Positions 33,524 through 40,301 of a DNA stretch of 40,301 nucleotides are shown here, one piece after another. The translations under genes were made by a program, and so were the position numbers. How positions within the stretch are numbered: the first letter of the stretch is position 1; every line of letters starts with the position of its first letter. A model generated the notes under the pieces. It worked only from the letters and a program-made list of their open reading frames with translations, was not told the DNA's origin and did not search any database. This DNA is from Octopus sinensis (lineage: Eukaryota), in NCBI RefSeq assembly GCF_006345805.1, contig NW_021832464.1, positions 1-40,301 of the forward strand. The letters are read 5' to 3'.

Positions 33524-34863
33524 CAGTGATTCGCAAAGTGCGGCCCTTAGGATTTAATTAAGGGGCTTATGTTTCTATAAATATTTTATTTAATATTTAA
33601 AAAATTGTCAGTTTTTTTATTTTTCACTATAGTATGCAATCATTTATATTGCCATATTTTGTTTTGATTAAATCTTTCTTTGATCATTGAACGAATGAAT
33701 TTCAATACCACCGACCTTGCAATAACTCATCATTGTAAATATATTTACAAATAGGCGCTGATCATTTCATATTCATTGCAATTGTAGTCTATAATGTTTA
33801 CTATTTTTATAGGAAATGTCAAGTTACATGACTACAATGGCAATTCGTTATTATAGAGGAGTGATTCTTTCTTTGATAGTCGAATGACTATTACTTCCGG
33901 CCATTCAGTGACATGTATCATTATTATTCACTTAATTTAGTCGTCGACGAGAGGATCAAAATTTTTCAAATTGCAACAATTGAAATCGTCATCTTTTCAG
34001 GTGATTTTATTGTGTCACGAGCCGGACGCGTTACACTTGTGTTTTTTCTGTTAGTGGACACAATAGCTTGGAATACCATTGCATGCGCAGTTACTTCGGA
34101 ATAAAAAGGGAAATTATTCGGAAAATAGTGTCAGATTGTGAAGTGTGCCGTTTTTCCACACCATTAAAAGTTGGCGATGAGCAAACTCATATTCCCTTCT
34201 ATCAAGGAAATTGCTGATTTCATAACTTTCAGCTACTGTGATTAACTGGTTACATATCAAATAATGTATTTTTGCATCAATCGTTGTACAAAAATGGAAA
34301 AGTTCCCATTTTTTGAAACATTCAGTTTCATCTCACAAACACCAGTTTTTAGTTGCAGAAGAAACAAGTGACATAGTCAAACAAGATTTACAATAAACTA
34401 ATTATTAAAAAATAGATCCAAAAATGTGCTCTGTGCATAGATATTTGGAACACGGCACTTGATAGAGAAACAAACTCTGGAAAAAAGTGAATTAATAAGG
34501 ATGGAGATAAAATAATGACGAGAATATGTAAGAAGAACAGATTATAGGAATATTTCAAAAAATGTTACAAAATGATGAAATTTCAAATAATTTAATCATT
34601 AAACGAAACTACATCACGAATTATTCCTTCTGAATCCAATTACATGCAAAAATAATAACGACGATAATGTTAAAAAAAGCACAACATAAAGATAATCCGT
34701 GTGCTTCCACGTGGCACAATTTATTAGGTTTGCCATGAATAGTTAAGATAATTAAACAATAATTAATAAAAAATAAGCTTTATTTTAATTAGAACTATTT
34801 TATATTTTAAGGGCTCTCGGGCCGCACCTATACATGCAAAAAGCCGCATATTTGACACCCCTA
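33524..34863. mobile_element. Two hAT-type ends (left CAGTGATTCGCAAAGTGCGGCCC; right GGGCCGCA..TTTGACACCCCTA) around TE debris
   Basis: Both termini resemble Buster/Charlie ends and both flanks are nnnTAnnn (ATCTAGAT, CCTTAGAC), but TIRs and TSDs do not match each other. Confidence 0.35.
34059..34217 (+). mobile_element. Integrase zinc-binding (H2C2) remnant, Ginger/Gypsy/SCAND3-like
   Basis: HNSLEYHCMRSYFGIKREIIRKIVSDCEVC resembles 'H.G....Y..I...Y.GI.RE.IR..V..C..C'. Confidence 0.45.
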
Positions 34864-34999
34864 CCTTAGACGATTTAAATCTCCTATTTATTATGCCGTA
34901 AATTTAAGTTTTTTTTAGCTATTAGAGAGTGATTTTCGTATTTTTGGACAATCTTGTACATGTTTCGGTGATTAATCACAATACTTTCTATCGGCTCAG

Positions 35000-35230
35000 G
35001 CGATTCTTTTGCAAGAAGTTATGCCACAACTACGTTTTGACTATATAGTAACTAATAATTACCCAGGGTATCATCAAGCAAAAGAACAAATGGCACATCA
35101 TATTATTAATGAAGCCAGCGTTTTCGATATGCACACTGGAGGGCCCTCTTTTTGTGGTTTTTTTGTTTATAATTTATTAGTGGCATCCATTACAATCAAT
35201 GGAATACAATTTGAAGGTTGTCGCAGTTAA
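35000..35230 (+). pseudogene. dsRNA-binding-motif-like exon(s), ends prematurely
   Basis: AILLQEVMPQLRFDY..GGPSFC|VASITINGIQFEGCRS* after removing a short GT-AG intron (about 24 nt); resembles ADAR/Staufen dsRBDs but stops before the KKxA helix. Confidence 0.35.
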
Positions 35231-36629
35231 CCTGTGCAAGTGAATGTGTCCAAATCTTAGAAATAAATCTGATCTTTAGAAATAAAATATGTTTAATTTA
35301 TAGTATTTTTAGATGTTTTAATATCAATTGTAGCCACACTGCAAAATTTGCGCTTAAGAAATTATAGGCCCTTATTATGATTTTTCGCTCAAATCGATAA
35401 TAAACATTTGATTTCTGCTGTCACGGGAAAAATTTGAAAATTTTTTAAGTACGAAGAAAACTTGAAAGTTTTTAAAAGACAAAAAACAACTGATCAACTT
35501 TTTTAATTACTATACTCCTCGATGTCACAGGTTCTTTGCGAACTGATAAAATATTCAGACTGCAGAGCAATAATATTGAATAGTTTAACTAAAAAAGTTA
35601 TTTGTTATAAATAATCACGAAATGCTTCAAATGCCATAACAGCAATAGGAAAATTAGACAAGACAATGAAAAACAGCAGTAAAACATAACTGGCTTTGAA
35701 GACAGAATTATCAAACATATTAAATATGAGACAATTTAATCCATGATGAAAACACAGCCTTAAAGAATTAGAGAGAAAGGCTTAAAAAACTATACACACA
35801 TCGGTTAAATGTTTGTCAAAATTAACAATTGCTGACAAAACTAACAAATACCAATTTTTAGGGTTTTTTACGATAAAAATAAGATCAGAAATAATCTGGT
35901 TAGTCACTATAAATATTCCAGGTTTGTACATCACGTCTTGTTTTAAAAATATAAAATTTATAGACTTAGTTAAAGTAAACAAAACAGCTGTATTCTCATA
36001 CGAGTTCTGCAAAGTTGTTTCCAGGTAAAAAGAATACTCACTGAATTTATGACCTGAGTACATTTTATCAAAAAATAAGTGAATTTTCTTTATTGTGCTT
36101 TCTGGTGATCTGAATTTCTTTATTTTTAAAAGACAGGAGGAAAGATTATTTTTTGATAATGTCTTTTGGTTTAACTTTCATTTCTTATGAGTTTCTACCA
36201 GAGAACGAGCATTTTTATAAAGAGTTTTTTCTTTAATATGGATTATGTCGTTCAATTTTTAGTGATTCTTTCATTTTTCCCTGACGCTTTTACTTGTTCT
36301 CATATTTCAAATAACGTCGTTATAATCAAAGTCTACATAAATTTAAAATTTATAAACTCGATTTATTTTAGTATTAACTGATGGTCGCTTGCTAGTTTGC
36401 TAATAATCCTGTAATGCAGGGGTTTTGTCGCATTAAACATCAAATCATCGCCAATTTTAAAAAGAGCAAAACATTTTTATTTGCCAATTTAGTGTTCATA
36501 TTGAATTAATAATGACACATTAATGTAAGCCGTCTTATATCAAAAAATAAATACATTTATTGAAAATTTTAAAAACGCAAAAATTTATTATTTAAAAATC
36601 TGATTTGAACATCCGTTATTTTTCATTAA

Positions 36630-37255
36630 AAATATCTAAAAAAATTTTTGACTGGTCTCATTATCCTTGATATCCGTCGACCGATCGAGCGAAGGAAGCA
36701 GAGCGTCTTGGGGCCGAAAATCCCCGAAGACTTCGAGGCAATTGAAGTAAAAAATGCGAGTTCGAGAGGTGGCCAGATTTGAGAATCTTACGATCCTCGG
36801 CCAGCCTCGAAGCGTGCCCAGGATCAACAGCGGACAGAGCAAGATTTTCGCGTAAGAATGTATCTGAGCAGGTAGAGTCCCTAATAAGAGATTTCCCCTG
36901 CTCGTAAGGGAAGGTGTACATGCATTTTGGGCGTCGGCTGTCATCTTTATCAAGCCCAACAGGCTCGAGGATTGACGAGATACCCGCGGTAACGAGGGCT
37001 CTCTGTATGATTACGTTGAGTTCACTGTGGCGAGGGGCACGACCAGCATCATAGGCAAGCGAGAGGGTGCAAAACCGTACTAGTTAAAGTTTTCCCACAG
37101 CTGCATTTGTGCGCCTGACATATCTTCAGCCTAACAAGGATGGAGATTGCGATTCTTAAACAATCCTTGTCAACCAGATTCCCGATGGAAAGTAAAGGGA
37201 GAGCTTTTTACCAAACACCGCTGCTTTGACACCAATCAGGACGTAAGCAAGCGAG
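36630..37255 (-). mobile_element. CRE-clade 3' fragment, same subfamily as 10951-13589
   Basis: Direct nucleotide similarity to about 12835-13460 (e.g. ACCTTCCCTTACGAGCAGGGGAAATC); frameshifts; RPDG motif reads RRPKC. Confidence 0.9.
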
Positions 37256-37760
37256 TCGGACCGGTCTGCATTAGTGCATAGCATAATTGAAAACCTGTCT
37301 TTTAACATTTTGAAACAATTTTTGCAGCTTTGTGTATACACTATTTGAAGAAATTTTTTTGTAAAAAATATCCGTTTCATTAGCGTTGTATACATTTTCA
37401 ATTCTGTATTTAAGATTTTATCTTTCATGAACGAAAGAAAATCATTAAAACATTTTTTATTCAGTTCATTACATAATGAAATTTCACCGTGAAATTTTCT
37501 TAATTTTAGACCATTCTGTTGTTTAAATTTTTCTAACCAGTCTTCAAATGAAACGAAAAAATAAAACAACCTGCACTTGCTTTAAGATAATTCCTCCATT
37601 TCCACAATCCTTTTAGCTTTCAGATTAGAGCCATTAAAATAAACCGTAAAATATTGCAAAGCGATTCATTGTCTTCACAATTTTTTTCTTTGTTATGGAT
37701 TTGTGAGTAAAATCCTGAACAAATTTCTAACATTATCTATTCGTCGAAACGACCAATATA
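37256..37760 (-). mobile_element. Tigger/pogo (CENP-B HTH plus DDE_1) transposase remnant
   Basis: GSNLKAKRIV..WLEKFKQQNGLKLRKFHGE..(YNADET-like region, frameshifted)..KDRFSIMLCTNAD, cut by the CRE fragment. Confidence 0.7.
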
Positions 37761-38509
37761 CGGAAACGTATTCTACAAGCCATGTCTAGAAGAAGGTTAA
37801 AAGATTACCATTAATCAATATTTTAGTCGAACTAAATCAAAACATTCTCAAAAAAATTATGGAGTCTTGGTAATCAAGTCACTTTGATGATTCTATAAGT
37901 TTAAATAAGAGGCACGATTACAAATATATACTCAAAAATCTTTGATTGTCGATTTTAAAGTGTTTAGATGTTTTGCGATATCTTTTATCGTCCAATTTAA
38001 CTCAAAAAGAGCATTTAACTCTTGTTGTTTAGAGAAAAAAAGAAAATGAGAGAACAAGTATCCGAACTAATTAAGAAGATCATTGTCTCCAGAAAACCCT
38101 TTCCATTGAAGATCCAACAGGGAATGTGCACAAGTCTGAGTCGTCGCCGTTATGTTCGGAAAGGGGAGTAGAACCGACTCCGTTACAACAGACATATGCA
38201 TACATCTGAAGGAAATCCTTAGATTAGGTGATTCTGGTGGCCAACGCAACACACTAATAGAAACCAACGTGCGCAACCGCGTGCTAAAAAACGTTTTTTT
38301 TTTTTTTTTTTTGTTTGTTTCAAATACTCAAGATTTCTGATTTCCGAGCTGGATAAATAGTTGAGTAGAGGAGAGTTTGTTAGATTATACAATAAAAAAG
38401 ATTAGTCACTGGAGGAATGAGGTAGTCTTTAGTAAAATCTTAATAATAAATTGGTATGGTGTGTGTCTGTCTGTCTGTCTGTGTGTGCACACCAACTTCA
38501 AATTGGCAA

Positions 38510-38837
38510 TACGATGTCCTCGACTTACATGATGAGGTCCTTAAAACCTTCCCCCCAAAAAAAATTAAAAAAAAAATTTCTGCATTTTGGTTAAAATGAA
38601 CAACTACGATGTCCTCGACTTACATGATGAGGTCCATAAAACCTTCTCCCCAAAAAAAAATAAAAAAAAAATTTTCTGCATTTTGGTTAAAATGAACAAC
38701 TACGGTGTCCTCGACTTACATGATGAGGTCCTTAAAACCTTCCCCCCAAAAAAAAATTAAAAAAAATTTTCTGCATTTTGGTTAAAATGAACAACTACGA
38801 TGTCCTCGACTTACATGATGAGGTCCTTAAAACCTTC
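38510..38837 (+). repeat. 95-96-bp minisatellite, about 3.4 copies
   Basis: Units start at 38510, 38605, 38701 and 38796 (TACGATGTCCTCGACTTACATGATGAGGTCC...). Confidence 0.97.
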
Positions 38838-39192
38838 GAGGCAAAAATCTCACGTATTAAGAATATTCTTGATGAAAACGACAGCGAGAATATTAACAAT
38901 GATGAACTCCCAATTATTCGCGATAAAGAAATTCAATTCATCCTATGATTTTCTCTTTAAAATTAAATGCATATATCATTATCGACCATGAATCAAAATA
39001 AAGCTATTATCATATTTGACTTTGACAGAATGTGCAATTACAGATTGCACGACCTTGAATAGAGTGTGCAATTAACAGATTTTGAAAAACACTTTGATAG
39101 TTGAAACCACATTAGCACAATCATTAACACAATTTACCACCAATTGACAGCGCAATCAGAAGAATTTGCGTAAAAATATTAACTATTTAGTT

Positions 39193-39430
39193 AAGTTTTT
39201 CGTAAAGATAGAATTTATTTTCGGTATGCCTCTTTTCCTAAACTTTTTTATTATTCAAAAATAATTTTTTCAATAGATAACCGAAGGAGGGAAGACGACC
39301 CTAAGAAAAGAAGTTTTTCGTAAAGATAGAATTTATTTTCTGTATGCCTCTTTTTTCCTAATATTTTTTATTATTCAAAAATAATTTTTTAAATAGATAA
39401 CCGAAGGAGGAAAAACGAAACTGAAGAAAA
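39193..39430 (+). repeat. 118-bp tandem duplication, 2 copies
   Basis: AAGTTTTTCGTAAAGATAGAATTTATTTTC...ACCGAAGGAGG starts at 39193 and 39311. Confidence 0.93.
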
Positions 39431-39784
39431 AACGGTCAGCTTAAGGTAATTAATTAAATCTTTTTTGTGTGTCGCTTTTTTGGCTGCTGCTACTCTGCTT
39501 GCCGCATCTGCGCCTGCCCCATTTCCGCCAGTGGTTTGTCTAATCAACGTCACTAAGCTAAATCTCCGGACTATAAAGGCTCTTAAGCATTATCTTAATT
39601 GGCTGTTAAAAAAATTAGACAGGTTGTTGCCGTGGCGGCAGAGATTTTTTTTGTTTATACTATTTTACAAATTTTTAAAGTTTTTTTTTGTTTTTTTATT
39701 TTTTTGTTTTTAAATTATTTATTTTTATTTATTTTTATTTGTTTTTTTATTTTTTTTGTTATTTTCTAAAAATTCAACCGGATT

Positions 39785-40246
39785 GAATTTTTAAACTCCT
39801 TAGATCCCTCTGGAATGCCGAATCATCTTTTAAAATTAAAGATAGGCGTTCCAGTGGTTTTATTACGAAATCTTGCGCCACCTAAATTATGCTACGGAAC
39901 GAGGTTAGTTATCAAAAATTTAATGGCTAACGTAATAGAGGCGACGATATTAACAGGTAAGTATAGAGGTGAAAATGTTTATATTCCACGAATTCCGATA
40001 ATTTCTGATGAATTACCATTTAGATTTAAAAGGCTGCAATTTCCTTTGAGGATGAGTTTTGCAATGACAATAAACAAGGCCCAGGGACAGTCATTAAAGG
40101 TAGTTGGGTTATTTTTAGAGAGTGAGTGCTTTTCACATGGACAGCTGTATGTGGGATGCTCGAGGGTAGGCAGAAGAGAAAATTTATTCATATATGCCAA
40201 GGAAGGACGGACGACAAACATCGTTTATCAACAGGCGATAGAATAG
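39785..40246 (+). pseudogene. Helitron PIF1-like helicase C-terminal fragment
   Basis: [84 protein letters not shown]; the N-terminal part is absent. Confidence 0.93.
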
Positions 40247-40301
40247 GGTCACATTAAACCAGGTAGTTTTATACATCTACATAAACTTATAGTTGTTTGA
40301 T

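Larger units (their letters stand above)
38438..40301 (+). mobile_element. Non-autonomous Helitron (runs off the window end)
   Basis: A|TC 5' start TCTTAATAATAAATTGG followed by a (TGTC)n microsatellite, resembling Lep1-type Helitron 5' ends; internal tandem repeats; Helitron-type PIF1 helicase C-terminus at the 3' side. Linking the two ends into one element is inferred. Confidence 0.55.

Noticed and set aside
33524-34863. A single intact hAT element
   Set aside because: Left and right termini are not inverted copies, and the flanking 8-mers differ (ATCTAGAT vs CCTTAGAC); kept only as two low-confidence ends.
14985-35750. TGA at conserved Trp positions in decayed LINEs (about 14991, 22642, 35743), suggesting UGA=Trp recoding
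   Set aside because: All Trp codons in intact host genes are TGG, and TGA appears to be a stop in NPC2 and the claudin-like gene; simple G-to-A decay explains it.
35500-36100. Decayed LINE linker (FNP**KHSLKELERK, similar to PWW..L.EL.RK)
   Set aside because: One short motif only; not enough to call.
38510-38837. CRISPR-like array
   Set aside because: Whole units repeat with no unique spacers, the context is eukaryotic and there are no cas genes; it is a minisatellite.

Overview
AT-rich eukaryotic nuclear DNA, very probably from an animal with a compact genome. Every host gene I could decode is split by 23-41 nt spliceosomal micro-introns, mostly GT-AG with weak GTT/GTA donors. This is the architecture reported for dicyemid mesozoans, and myxozoans are another candidate; the taxon is inferred, not shown. 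Because of these introns the ORF track misses or fragments most real genes. Host genes reconstructed by hand: a 47-aa WH2 (actin-binding) micro-protein, two secreted C-type lectins, RPP21, a claudin/PMP22-like protein, casein kinase I gamma, a truncated GAR1, a RhoGAP, an NPC2/ML-domain protein, a PHD-like zinc-finger gene and a dsRBD-like exon. Much of the window is nested transposable elements: CRE-clade and R4/Dong-clade RLE retrotransposons, RTE and Jockey/I-group LINEs, hAT (Buster/SPIN-GTF2IRD2-type and CGGBP1-like), pogo/Tigger and a Helitron. The most striking structure is a 6.17-kb composite hAT element (26200-32368) with 14-bp TIRs and an exact 8-bp TSD. It carries about 3.2 kb of intron-containing host genes (GAR1 5' half, RhoGAP, intact NPC2-like gene) between two partial copies of its transposase. 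Other notable items: a 418-bp SINE-like family whose two copies both have TSDs and both sit antisense inside R4-type ORFs, host-type micro-introns inside transposase genes, and short templated copies of lectin gene pieces. No database searches were run; family calls rest on motif recognition.
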